A stretch of DNA of 64,000 nucleotides. Origin: Klebsiella phage ZCKP1. The DNA is taken from sequence record MH252123.1. One strand, 5' to 3'. Position numbers and translations under genes: made by a program. Of the stretch, positions 28,950 through 37,837 are shown in pieces; position 1 is the stretch's first letter, and each line of letters starts with the position of its first letter. The notes under the pieces are model-generated. The model was not told where the DNA came from. It saw nothing but the letters and a program-made list of their open reading frames with translations, and did not search any database.

Positions 28950-29219
28950 TTAATGATTGGTGATGTTGATGACAATCTTAGTTTCAACCTTAGCCCAACA
29001 GGAGTCTGCTTCATTAAAACGACTATTCACAATGTATTCTCCTGCACGAGAACCTGTTAAACACACTGCACCTGTATCTGTAGCCAAATAGTATTCTCGT
29101 TCTTGTTCATCTACTTCTGCAATGTAATAGTAGAAAACAGACATAGGTTCAATTTCAGATAAACGGTATAACTTTGGAACAGGGGATTTCTCGATAAACT
29201 CAACAGAAGTTTTACTCAT
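28950..29219 (-). CDS. hypothetical protein, 89 aa
   Basis: ORF track. Confidence 0.4.
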   Translation of the reverse strand: MSKTSVEFIEKSPVPKLYRLSEIEPMSVFYYYIAEVDEQEREYYLATDTGAVCLTGSRAGEYIVNSRFNEADSCWAKVETKIVINITNH

Positions 29220-29452
29220 TTGTTTTCTCCTAGATCTAAACTAATTAAAAAGTCACGAAGGATGATCATTTGTTCTGTAGATAATGATAATACACCTTCT
29301 CCATAAATATCACCAGACCATTCAGCAGTTAGATCTAGTGTACCAGTACCAGGAAACCAATCAATAGTGATCTGATTACCATTAGAGTCAGGTAGTATTT
29401 CACTAACTAACATAACACACTCTCCTATTATTGTTCTTGATCTTACGATCAT
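29216..29452 (-). CDS. hypothetical protein, 78 aa (start may be the internal ATG at 29413)
   Basis: ORF track; AGGAGAGTG RBS precedes the internal Met. Confidence 0.4.
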   Translation of the reverse strand: MIVRSRTIIGECVMLVSEILPDSNGNQITIDWFPGTGTLDLTAEWSGDIYGEGVLSLSTEQMIILRDFLISLDLGENK

Positions 29453-29527
29453 CTACCGATAAGAACAAGTACTTAAATCTCTGTTCTTCGAACATCTAAC
29501 GATAGAGATTAATCTATTACATAATCT

Positions 29528-29586
29528 ATACTCGCTATCGCTCGACCCTTCGGGGTTAGGGTAGCATATTTTTTGAAAAAAGTCAA
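29528..29586. repeat. conserved ~60-bp element copy 1 (ACTCGCTATCGCTCG...hairpin...TTAGGGTAGCATATTTTTTGAAAAAAGTCAA)
   Basis: near-identical flanks to copy 2; on the reverse complement reads TTGACT-N17-TACCCT, then hairpin, then CGAGCGATAGCGAGTA. Confidence 0.5.
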
Positions 29587-29589
29587 CAC

Positions 29590-29940
29590 TTATTTTTTGG
29601 TAAGTAGATAAATCAATTGTTCACCTGCTTCTGGTGCATATAGTGCTTTAGTATCGAAGTCAAAGAAGTGAGTGACTCCTGTTACTTTGGATGCATGAAT
29701 AGATAATCGTGCAAGCTTAAGCAGATTATCCATTTCCGCAATCTTTGCACGAAATACTGCACGTGTAGCGTCAAAAGCTGCATGTGGCATGTATTTACGA
29801 TTTAGACTACTACGTTTAAATTTACGATAATCTGCAATGATCCTGTTACGTTCTTTGTTCAAGTGCTTTACCAGTGCAGTATATACATGTGGTTCTTTGT
29901 TAGCCATTGTTAATCTCCTCTTCATATGTTGGTAGTGCAT
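29590..29940 (-). CDS. hypothetical basic protein, 116 aa
   Basis: ORF track. Confidence 0.45.
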   Translation of the reverse strand: MHYQHMKRRLTMANKEPHVYTALVKHLNKERNRIIADYRKFKRSSLNRKYMPHAAFDATRAVFRAKIAEMDNLLKLARLSIHASKVTGVTHFFDFDTKALYAPEAGEQLIYLLTKK

Positions 29941-30112
29941 GGTATGCGATCACAGGTGCCAAGTCAAAATAAAAATGACCATTGATAACAGCTATCGTGC
30001 CATTGCGTGTTTTGTTAACTTCACAGAATCCTTTCTTGCCGTCTGCCATGATTACAAGCCACTCTCCGATAGGAACATCCTTGGTGCCAGATACTTTAAT
30101 CCACCCACTCAT
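29900..30112 (-). CDS. hypothetical protein, 70 aa
   Basis: ORF track. Confidence 0.4.
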   Translation of the reverse strand: MSGWIKVSGTKDVPIGEWLVIMADGKKGFCEVNKTRNGTIAVINGHFYFDLAPVIAYHALPTYEEEINNG

Positions 30113-30366
30113 TTTACTTCCCCTTTGTAATCGGACACTATACCAGGTCTTACTTTTGCCTTAAGATGTTTCAACTCTGCCATAGGAGTTGCCACTTGTA
30201 TAGGGTTAACTTCAACCTCGTAGATAGTATACTCATAACCCGCATACTTCCCGATGGAATGCAGATATTTGATAGCATGTTCAGGTGAATCTGCTTCAAC
30301 ATACCCCAAATCTTTTGTAGTGCGGCCTTCACAGTCGCCTTCTGTAGTTACGTGATAAAGTGTCAT
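30109..30366 (-). CDS. hypothetical protein, 85 aa
   Basis: ORF track. Confidence 0.45.
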   Translation of the reverse strand: MTLYHVTTEGDCEGRTTKDLGYVEADSPEHAIKYLHSIGKYAGYEYTIYEVEVNPIQVATPMAELKHLKAKVRPGIVSDYKGEVK

Positions 30367-30512
30367 AAAACCTCCTCATAGTAAGGCAGAGCCTTGATTA
30401 ATTGTTCTGAAGTGCCATTCTGCACCCACGTAATGCCGTTGTCAAGAGAAACATAGCCTTTCTTATCAACAAACTTACGAAGACAACCAGTGAACATGTT
30501 TTTGTAGATCAT
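30363..30512 (-). CDS. unlisted small ORF, 49 aa, translationally coupled on both sides
   Basis: ATGA overlaps at both ends; RBS AAGGAAAG. Confidence 0.3.
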   Translation of the reverse strand: MIYKNMFTGCLRKFVDKKGYVSLDNGITWVQNGTSEQLIKALPYYEEVL

Positions 30513-30952
30513 TTCTTCTTTCCTTTCTTTAATTTGTTGTGACCTTTACCCTTATAAAGCTTGTGATTACGAGCAGACGGGTTATTTTGGTTCTCCAGTC
30601 GGCTAACAGGTGTATTCCAAAGGTTTCCTGCTACAAAAGATGCTGCCACAAGTTCTTCCAGGTATACAAAATCCAAAGCAGGTATCTTTGTTTCCCTCAT
30701 CTCGCGTTCTACATTAGACAACACTCCTTCTTCCTTACTGTCTTCTTTTTCAAGTACAGACCAACCCTCTTCCTGCCAAGCTTCCCCTCTGAACCAAGTT
30801 TCCATGTTATAACCTTGTTCGTCGAGAATAACACCATCTCGCATCTCAAACCATTCGCCACCACAAAAATGGCGGTGCTCAACACGTCTACCTTCCTTCA
30901 TTGCTTCTTTAGCTTCGGGCCAAGTCAGTTTGATGTTTTGGATGTTTTGCAT
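30509..30952 (-). CDS. hypothetical protein, 147 aa; first gene of the minus-strand arm
   Basis: ORF track; RBS AGGAGAAAAC. Confidence 0.5.
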   Translation of the reverse strand: MQNIQNIKLTWPEAKEAMKEGRRVEHRHFCGGEWFEMRDGVILDEQGYNMETWFRGEAWQEEGWSVLEKEDSKEEGVLSNVEREMRETKIPALDFVYLEELVAASFVAGNLWNTPVSRLENQNNPSARNHKLYKGKGHNKLKKGKKK

Positions 30953-31007
30953 TTGTTTTCTCCTTTTGTTTGGTAGGAGTTGATCTTAACAAGATTAAAA
31001 AGTATGT

Positions 31008-31045
31008 CAATACTTGATCTGAAATTATTTTCAGGTATCATGTAT
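31008..31045 (+). promoter_or_regulatory. candidate promoter for the plus-strand arm (TTGATC-N16-TATCAT) within the divergent intergenic region
   Basis: seen in sequence. Confidence 0.35.
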
Positions 31046-31066
31046 GAACATTAACAAGAGAGGTAG

Positions 31067-31360
31067 ATGATGAACATTACTTTAGCAACTAAGAATATTT
31101 CTGAGACAATTAACGGTTTTGGTGTCATTGTAGCCTTACACGGTAACAACGAGAAATGGTTGGCTTCTTTTGAAGAGGATCGTCAGCACAACATTATTTT
31201 AGATGCTCCTATAAAAGTTATGCATATCGTTGGTGAAAGCAAAGTGCTCACTTCCTCCCGTTCAAAAGAACAAATTACAAATGAATTAGTAAAACTGCTT
31301 GACAATGTTCTTAACATGTTTGATAATGCACCCATCGATACAAAACGTGTCTTAATGTGA
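31067..31360 (+). CDS. hypothetical protein, 97 aa; first gene of the plus-strand arm
   Basis: RBS AGAGGTAG. Confidence 0.5.
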   Translation: MMNITLATKNISETINGFGVIVALHGNNEKWLASFEEDRQHNIILDAPIKVMHIVGESKVLTSSRSKEQITNELVKLLDNVLNMFDNAPIDTKRVLM

Positions 31361-31372
31361 GAGGAGAACAAA

Positions 31373-31660
31373 ATGTACTATTCACAAGACGAAGTAGCAA
31401 ACATTAAACTGGCAGTGGGAGATCTTATTGTGTCACCTAACTACTATTGGGATAACACAGATTTGGTTGAAGTAGTAACCCATGTTGGAGTTGAAGGTAT
31501 TGTGCTCTACACACTAGGTGGAGGTGTTGTTGGGGAAATGGAACGTTATACGACAACGAAGAAACTGGTAAGCTCTTATCACATGTTTTTACACCAAGGT
31601 TCGGAAGAGTATACAGCTTTCTTGTTGAAATTAGATGCAGATCGGGAGAAGGCACGATGA
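31373..31660 (+). CDS. hypothetical protein, 95 aa
   Basis: RBS GAGGAGAA. Confidence 0.5.
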   Translation: MYYSQDEVANIKLAVGDLIVSPNYYWDNTDLVEVVTHVGVEGIVLYTLGGGVVGEMERYTTTKKLVSSYHMFLHQGSEEYTAFLLKLDADREKAR

Positions 31661-32013
31661 AAATTGTACACGATGAAATTCAAATAGAAGAAAGTGACCT
31701 GATGGATTTGGATGCAGCTTTGGGGAAGGTAATCTATGCAGGAATTAAAGCCTTCCGTGAGAAGGCAAACAATAGCACGTTTGTCATGATCCCCACTAAA
31801 CTGATGCGTGTTTTGTATCCAAATAGAAGTGCGCCGTATACAAATGAAGAAGAGGAGACAGGTAGAAGAGAGTGGTTAAATATTTTAGAAAAGATGGAGA
31901 ATGCTTTTATTGATAGTGGTAATCCAGAAATCGTGTATGCTGAAGATCAAAGGAAGGCACGGTTAGAGGGCCGTCTTTTATTCGCTAGTTATTTTGATAA
32001 TCTTTGGAGCTAA
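31657..32013 (+). CDS. hypothetical protein, 118 aa
   Basis: ATGA overlap with upstream gene. Confidence 0.5.
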   Translation: MKIVHDEIQIEESDLMDLDAALGKVIYAGIKAFREKANNSTFVMIPTKLMRVLYPNRSAPYTNEEEETGRREWLNILEKMENAFIDSGNPEIVYAEDQRKARLEGRLLFASYFDNLWS

Positions 32014-32192
32014 ATATGTCTGAATTCTTCACAATGGCTTTCTTAGGGATCTATCTGATTATTAGTGCTGTTGGCTTAATCATGTCTCTAATAGAGGAAA
32101 TGGGAATTAAGTGGAATTGTGCATTCGGTATAGCTCTTATGCTCACTCCAGTTTGGATCTACATTTGCAAATCGGTTGAACTAATTGGTTAA
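32004..32192 (+). CDS. small membrane protein, 62 aa
   Basis: two TM segments. Confidence 0.45.
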   Translation: MELNMSEFFTMAFLGIYLIISAVGLIMSLIEEMGIKWNCAFGIALMLTPVWIYICKSVELIG

Positions 32193-32202
32193 TGGAGGTA
32201 AT

Positions 32203-32541
32203 ATGTTTAGTAAAGAAATGAGAGAGGTGATCGCTACTCTGGTAGTTGATCATGGTGTTGAAGTTGAGCGTCACGTTTGGAAAGACGAGCCTCCTTTCTT
32301 TGATTTGGCATCACGGGCTAAAAGTCACATGTATCTCCTTGAAGATGATAAGGATTTTATTCTGCGTATGCGTTATGATCGAGAGTTTAGAATTCCTCTT
32401 GACACAGATCCTGATGATGTAGTATTGTGGTTGGCAGAGCATTTCGCATTTAACGCTCTACATGGAAGAAGTTTTGGTAATGAACGTTGGGATACCATTT
32501 GTCGTAAACATAATATTGAACCAGAATACGGGAGTATGTAA
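32203..32541 (+). CDS. hypothetical protein, 112 aa
   Basis: start refined to the ATG after a GGAGG RBS. Confidence 0.5.
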   Translation: MFSKEMREVIATLVVDHGVEVERHVWKDEPPFFDLASRAKSHMYLLEDDKDFILRMRYDREFRIPLDTDPDDVVLWLAEHFAFNALHGRSFGNERWDTICRKHNIEPEYGSM

Positions 32542-32792
32542 TGTTAAGCGTTAAGCCTAAGATGATCAGTGAAGACCAGAAAGATTTCATTTACAAGTGT
32601 GGACGAATCTGGAGAGAGTATACCAAGGGTAACGAGGTCGTGGTGGTTACTGAACACCAGATTGAAATCTCTGATCTTTTCGGTGATTATTTGCAAGTGA
32701 TCAAATTAGGCATTGACAGAGGTTTGGTGCAGGTGTTAACATTATCCCAAGTTGAAGCAGAACACTTAGACAAAATCATTGTCGAGTTCTAA
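32541..32792 (+). CDS. hypothetical protein, 83 aa
   Basis: ORF track; TAATG coupling. Confidence 0.45.
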   Translation: MLSVKPKMISEDQKDFIYKCGRIWREYTKGNEVVVVTEHQIEISDLFGDYLQVIKLGIDRGLVQVLTLSQVEAEHLDKIIVEF

Positions 32793-32805
32793 GAGGAGAA
32801 AGAAT

Positions 32806-32970
32806 ATGATCTCTTTAGAATCAATAGCTTTTAAGAAAGGGTATACCGCAGGGTTCAAGTTTGGTATGTTTAATAAAGTAAATCCATACTGTCCAATGAC
32901 ACACAAAAAGGAATTCGAAGAATGGGAAGATGGATTTTCTAAAGGCTACCAGGCAAAGGGTTGGTTGTAA
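32806..32970 (+). CDS. hypothetical protein, 54 aa
   Basis: start refined to the ATG after AAGAGGAGAAAG. Confidence 0.4.
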   Translation: MISLESIAFKKGYTAGFKFGMFNKVNPYCPMTHKKEFEEWEDGFSKGYQAKGWL

Positions 32971-32979
32971 GGAGAGAAT

Positions 32980-33144
32980 ATGATTTTAAACTTCATCATC
33001 AACTTGTGTTTGACATTGGGACTACTCTGTGCAATAGTATCCCCTCTGGTTGGTGAATATTGTTCTGAATTGGCGATGTTTATAGTTCTTGGTGCGGCTA
33101 TTGCTAATATGTTTGTCGCTGCGATTTGTATGTTGTGGGAATAG
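32980..33144 (+). CDS. unlisted small membrane protein, 54 aa (MILNFIINLCLTLGLLCAIV...)
   Basis: RBS GGAGAGAATATG; two hydrophobic helices. Confidence 0.4.
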   Translation: MILNFIINLCLTLGLLCAIVSPLVGEYCSELAMFIVLGAAIANMFVAAICMLWE

Positions 33145-33155
33145 GAGGGAAGTTT

Positions 33156-33512
33156 ATGAAAAAATTAATCTTAGCCACATTGCTGGCTACCGTAAGCTTC
33201 ACCACTTACGCTCAAAAATTTGTAGCAGTTAAAACGGATATTGGTAAAGATGTTGTGATCACAGGCAACAAGTTTTACTATACACCTGGGAATGGTGTTC
33301 TAGAAGAGTGCAAAGATGTTGAGGCATATACAGGAAAAGAAGATAACACGGAACGTCCTTTTTATTCGATTATAGCTACTTGCAAAAATGAAATAGTAGC
33401 TATTAAACAATACAAAGATGCACCTGGAGGAGAGTACTTATTAGTCAAGAATATTAAGAGTGAAAAAACTGCAAAGTTTACAGTAATTATTTTAAAAGGA
33501 GAAACGTTCTAA
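33156..33512 (+). CDS. exported protein with signal peptide, 118 aa
   Basis: start refined to MKKLILATLLATVSFTTYA with RBS AGGAGGGAAG. Confidence 0.5.
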   Translation: MKKLILATLLATVSFTTYAQKFVAVKTDIGKDVVITGNKFYYTPGNGVLEECKDVEAYTGKEDNTERPFYSIIATCKNEIVAIKQYKDAPGGEYLLVKNIKSEKTAKFTVIILKGETF

Positions 33513-34651
33513 TGAAATACACTATTTTTGGAGATGTAGCTGTTGTAAATAAGGAATATGGCGTTGAAGCTAATAAACTTCCTGCTGGAGTTTGGGTTGT
33601 CAACTGCGATCCGCACGGTAACTACTCTTTAGTGCGTGGCGAAAGTTTCTCTCTTCCGAACACTCTTTATGGGGAAACTAAAGATCGCGCCGCACATGTT
33701 ATTAAAACATTTGCTCGTCGTAGTAAAGAAGGTAAAAATACTGGGGTGTTACTGACAGGGACAAAAGGCAGTGGTAAGACGATGTTAGCTAAACTGATTA
33801 GCATGTCTCTAATGTCCACAGAAGGTTTAGGTATTCCAACCATTTTGGTTACACAGCCTTACACAGATGCTGGCTTCTTAGAATTTATGAGTAAAATTAC
33901 AGATCGTGCTGTTGTTTTATTTGACGAATTTGATAAAGTGTACGCTAAGAAAGAAGATCAGGAAGCACTGTTGACCTTGTTGGATGGAACAGGAAGTGGG
34001 AATAAACTTTACATCCTCACTAAAAATAGTGGTTATATCTCGGAATATTTTGTAAACCGTCCTAGTCGTATCTACTACAGTTTCAATTACGATAAACTGT
34101 CTAGTGAAACTATGTTAGATTACTTGGATAAGAACTTGGTAAATAAAAAGCACGTAGATAACTTCCAACGTTTATGGGATGTTAGCACAGAGTTGTCTTT
34201 CGATGTTATTCAAGGCATTGTAGAAGAATTGAATTTCTATCCAAAAATGACTTTTAAAGAATGTCTTGAAATGATGGGTATTTCTTTAGGGAACGATGCT
34301 AAATGGAATGTGGCTTCTATCGTAGCTAATGGCAAAACCTTGAAGGTGAATTGGATCAATAACTGGCACGACTTCACCCCTACTAAGTTTTTGTCGGGTG
34401 CTTGTTCCCTGAACATCTATCTACAAAGTTTGAAAGATGATGAAGTGGAAGCAATGGAAACCAACAGTTATGTTATCCTGGATGAAGATGGTGATCCACA
34501 TATTGATCTATGTGCAACGGCTGATGGTCTAACTTGTGATCTGATTGAAGGTGGTAAGATTCTGGTTATGAGCACTACACCAGGAAACACTTTGCGAGTG
34601 GTGCTGGAGCCTGTAACACAACGTTCCACTACACTTGGTAGCGTGTTCTAA
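33512..34651 (+). CDS. AAA-type ATPase
   Basis: 379 aa; Walker A GTKGSGKT, Walker B VVLFDEFD. Confidence 0.65.
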   Translation: MKYTIFGDVAVVNKEYGVEANKLPAGVWVVNCDPHGNYSLVRGESFSLPNTLYGETKDRAAHVIKTFARRSKEGKNTGVLLTGTKGSGKTMLAKLISMSLMSTEGLGIPTILVTQPYTDAGFLEFMSKITDRAVVLFDEFDKVYAKKEDQEALLTLLDGTGSGNKLYILTKNSGYISEYFVNRPSRIYYSFNYDKLSSETMLDYLDKNLVNKKHVDNFQRLWDVSTELSFDVIQGIVEELNFYPKMTFKECLEMMGISLGNDAKWNVASIVANGKTLKVNWINNWHDFTPTKFLSGACSLNIYLQSLKDDEVEAMETNSYVILDEDGDPHIDLCATADGLTCDLIEGGKILVMSTTPGNTLRVVLEPVTQRSTTLGSVF

Positions 34652-34657
34652 TAAAGA

Positions 34658-34681
34658 TGCCCCGCAAGGGGCATTTGTTAT
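34658..34681 (+). terminator. intrinsic terminator after the AAA ATPase gene (ATGCCCCgcaaGGGGCAT plus TTGTT)
   Basis: seen in sequence. Confidence 0.55.
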
Positions 34682-34739
34682 GGAGGGATTTTAGTTATTC
34701 TTTTGTTGTAGGCTCGCACTAATAGCTAAAGGGGGAGGT

Positions 34740-36200
34740 GTGCCAAAAATAGTCACTTGGGAACAATATAAAACAGATATAAAACAAGCTTATCAAGGTA
34801 AGTCTTGGACTGTTGTAGATTATATTGAGCCGTGGAACGGCAATAAAACTAAACTTAGATGCATCTGTGCTCTGCATGGAGAATGGAAAACAACAAGCAT
34901 AAATACCGCTAAACTAGGGAGGGGTTGTCCAGAATGCGGTAGGGAGATTATAAGTAAAGCAGTATCTATAAACAAATCAAAAACCTGGGAGCAATATAAA
35001 GAAGAAGTGCAAACCACTTACAATCAGGCAGGTAAGTTTTGGACTGTTACAGGATGGCACGGAGAATGGAAAGGATGGAATACTAAACTGGTTTGTTGTT
35101 GTGCTTTACATGGGGAGTGGAGGTCTACTTCTATATCTTCTGCGAAAAACGGGAGTGGATGCAGGAAGTGTATGGGAGAAGCAAACAGAGAAAGAACATC
35201 GATTGCATGGGAGAAACATAAAGAAGAAGTAGAAGAAGCTTATAAAGAAAAACCCTGGATTGTTAGAGGCTATGTGGAACCGTGGAACGGTTCCCGCACT
35301 AAGTTGATTTGTGAGTGTAAGGTTCATGGTCAATGGTGCACTACCACTGTAAACAGTGCTAAACAAGGGACTGGATGCTACAGTTGTCAAAGAGAAATGA
35401 CGAAACAAAGGAATACAATGGAGGATAAACAACATGTTGAAGATTTTATAAAAGCTTGTCCTGATAATGTAGAGCGTAAATATTATCGTAGCGATAGAGT
35501 AGATAGATTAGGTCGTCAGGTTTACTGGATTGTAGAATGTCCTATATGTGCAGAGGATGATTATTGTAAAGAAGGCTTATGCGATAATAAATTTGAGATG
35601 AAGATGAGTCATTTGAAAAGGGGTGGCCTTCCTTGCCGTTGTTCTAAATATTATCATTACACTCCTGAACAATGGGCCTACCGTATGACCAAAGCTTGCC
35701 AGGAACGAGGGGATCAATTTATAGGATTCATTGATAAGGTAAGCAATAACAGCAAGTTTAAATATCTATGTAGGGAGCATGGAGAGCAAACGATCACACC
35801 TACCGATTATCTCAATGGGAAAGGTTGTCCAGGCTGTAAGAACAGAAATATGCAAGAATTTTACATCAATATTATTCTTGATGAGTACGGAGAAGACACG
35901 GGAGCTTACAAGTTGGGGATTGCAAAGGACAGTGATATCAGGATCAAAGGGCAGAATGCAAACAACAATTACTCTATGCGCCGTATAGCATTGTTCGATC
36001 TGCCGTCCTACCAAGCTTGCAGGGCGTTAGAGAGTAAGCTAAAGTCTAAGACTGATCAGATTCTACCGTCTATTGGCTGTGTAGAACGCTTGCACATGAA
36101 AGATGGTCATAGTGAAACCTTCCTGCGCGAGGATTTGGCTATCGTCTTAAGTGCTATCAACCAAGCAGGTGGAATAATGAGAGAGGAGGAAACATGTTAG
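34740..36200 (+). CDS. tandem zinc-ribbon repeat protein
   Basis: GTG start with GGGGGAGG RBS; three or more ~70-aa repeats W(E)QYK...W.V...W.G..TKL.C.C..HGEW.T.S...AK.G.GC..C. Confidence 0.55.
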   Translation: MPKIVTWEQYKTDIKQAYQGKSWTVVDYIEPWNGNKTKLRCICALHGEWKTTSINTAKLGRGCPECGREIISKAVSINKSKTWEQYKEEVQTTYNQAGKFWTVTGWHGEWKGWNTKLVCCCALHGEWRSTSISSAKNGSGCRKCMGEANRERTSIAWEKHKEEVEEAYKEKPWIVRGYVEPWNGSRTKLICECKVHGQWCTTTVNSAKQGTGCYSCQREMTKQRNTMEDKQHVEDFIKACPDNVERKYYRSDRVDRLGRQVYWIVECPICAEDDYCKEGLCDNKFEMKMSHLKRGGLPCRCSKYYHYTPEQWAYRMTKACQERGDQFIGFIDKVSNNSKFKYLCREHGEQTITPTDYLNGKGCPGCKNRNMQEFYINIILDEYGEDTGAYKLGIAKDSDIRIKGQNANNNYSMRRIALFDLPSYQACRALESKLKSKTDQILPSIGCVERLHMKDGHSETFLREDLAIVLSAINQAGGIMREEETC

Positions 36201-36559
36201 TTGACGTTCAAATTATGCGCAACGAAAGAATGGACTTCTTTGAAGCAGTAGAGAAACATCTGATCAGATGGGACTATGAATTTGTTCCTGCTGGATGTGG
36301 ACCAGTAGAGCATTTAGCGGAAGACGACGATGTATACATGATCATTCGTCAAGTGTACCAGACAGACCAGTGTGAAGAAACTCCCGAACTGATTTTGTTT
36401 GAGTGTAAAGATCTTGCAAAATATTTTGACTATGGCGGAAAAGAGGGTCATAATCTCTCCAGATACAATAAACGTCTACTTATCTTAGACTACATGCGGA
36501 ACAACAAACACAAACTCATCGACGCAGACGCAGTTTATGGCTACTGGTGGATGGATTAA
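36194..36559 (+). CDS. hypothetical protein, 121 aa
   Basis: RBS GAGAGGAGGAAAC. Confidence 0.5.
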   Translation: MLVDVQIMRNERMDFFEAVEKHLIRWDYEFVPAGCGPVEHLAEDDDVYMIIRQVYQTDQCEETPELILFECKDLAKYFDYGGKEGHNLSRYNKRLLILDYMRNNKHKLIDADAVYGYWWMD

Positions 36560-36572
36560 CAAAGGAGAAACT

Positions 36573-36761
36573 ATGGCACGTTTAGCAGACCATGAAATCT
36601 TTAAACCTATTCTGAACCACTATGATGAACTTAAAGCAGTGTTGGATTGTTATAGAGAGGATGAAGAACGTTTGGAAATCAATCTTAAGATAGTTCTGAT
36701 GAAAGCTTTTCAAGACGGGCAAGCTAAAGTCTTAGAAGGCATGAAAAATGAGAATAACTGA
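36573..36761 (+). CDS. hypothetical protein, 62 aa
   Basis: start refined to the ATG after AAAGGAGAAACT. Confidence 0.45.
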   Translation: MARLADHEIFKPILNHYDELKAVLDCYREDEERLEINLKIVLMKAFQDGQAKVLEGMKNENN

Positions 36762-37290
36762 CGAATATGTATTCTTCTTTTCACATAAAGATGTGTTTAG
36801 TAATTGGTATATTGCACCCTTTACAGAAACCGAACCAGGTTACAATCAGACATTTAATTGTGTCGAACAATACATGATGTGGCGTAAAGCTTTGCTTTTT
36901 AATGATCACAACACTGCACAGGCTATTCTGACTCATAGTTTGATACGGAAAGATGAGAAGATCCAAGCTTATTACAAACGTATGGGTAGGGCAGTGTCGG
37001 ATTTTGATAACAACGTATGGGAAGAGAACCGTGAGCGTATTGTTATGCGAGGTTTATGCTTGAAATATGTACAGAATCCAGATTTGTATGCAGACTTACA
37101 CCTTTACCAATACAAAACGTTTGTTGAAGCAAGTCCTTACGATAAGGTTTACGGTATTGGAATGGGAATGTATGAACCAGGGGTGCTAAATCCGGTCAAC
37201 TGGAAAGGGCAGAATCTTTTAGGCAAATATCATAACAAACTGATCGAAATACTTTTCCCAGACAAAATACCGCAAAGACGATATTTGTGA
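36748..37290 (+). CDS. NADAR (YbiA-like, DUF1768) domain protein
   Basis: 180 aa; co-linear with E. coli YbiA: FFFS...FSNW, NCVEQYMMWRKALLF, VWEENRERIVMRGLCLKYVQNPDL, VEASPYDKVYGIGMG. Confidence 0.75.
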   Translation: MRITDEYVFFFSHKDVFSNWYIAPFTETEPGYNQTFNCVEQYMMWRKALLFNDHNTAQAILTHSLIRKDEKIQAYYKRMGRAVSDFDNNVWEENRERIVMRGLCLKYVQNPDLYADLHLYQYKTFVEASPYDKVYGIGMGMYEPGVLNPVNWKGQNLLGKYHNKLIEILFPDKIPQRRYL

Positions 37291-37533
37291 TATTTTAACT
37301 TTTTTCATTTTTAGAACAAAGGCGTCACTTTGTAGCACAGAAATAAGGCTCCTACAGCACCGTAGAGAGCCTATTATTTTGTCCTATACAAACCCTTGTC
37401 TTTTTCAGTTTGCATCACTAGGATTCGATCTGAGTGGGTTCCTGAAGGTCTGCCAATAAGATTAAAGGTTATCTCAAATTCCCATTACCTATTATCTCAA
37501 AAATCCCTCAAATTATTTAAACTTTTTAAGAAT

Positions 37534-37580
37534 TTACAAAAGTGAAAGTTGAAAACCAAAATTTAAAGTTTAGGAAAATT
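37534..37580 (+). repeat. ~47-bp direct repeat, copy 1 (TTACAAAAGTGAAAGTTGAAAACCAAAATTTAAAGTTTAGGAAAATT)
   Basis: imperfect copy at 37672..37719. Confidence 0.6.
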
Positions 37581-37671
37581 ATCTTAAAATGTCAGATACA
37601 AAACAAAACTCAAAAGTCAAGGAAAATTTTAAAAATTTTGCGCGCCCACAGTATTTAAAGTTTTTTTGCTT

Positions 37672-37719
37672 TTACAAAAATGAAAGTACAAAAGCAAAAT
37701 TTAAAGTTTACAAAAATTT
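37672..37719 (+). repeat. ~47-bp direct repeat, copy 2 (TTACAAAAATGAAAGTACAAAAGCAAAATTTAAAGTTTACAAAAATTT)
   Basis: matches 37534..37580 with a few substitutions. Confidence 0.6.
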
Positions 37720-37731
37720 ATGCAGATGGGA

Positions 37732-37748
37732 ATGAGAAGAGTTCTCAT
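37732..37748 (+). promoter_or_regulatory. perfect inverted repeat ATGAGAAgagTTCTCAT (operator-like)
   Basis: seen in sequence. Confidence 0.45.
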
Positions 37749-37768
37749 ATGGAAATGCAAATGATAAT
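37748..37768 (+). promoter_or_regulatory. Fur-box-like operator motif copy a (AAATGATAATGATTCGCATTT)
   Basis: matches the Fur consensus core AATGATAATCATT at 12 of 13 positions. Confidence 0.45.
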
Positions 37769-37816
37769 GATTCGCATTTAGGTTTATAAATGAGATTGAT
37801 TCTTATTTGATAAGGT

Positions 37817-37837
37817 AAATGATAATCATTCTCATTT
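37817..37837 (+). promoter_or_regulatory. Fur-box-like operator motif copy b (AAATGATAATCATTCTCATTT)
   Basis: contains the perfect 13-bp palindrome AATGATAATCATT. Confidence 0.5.
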
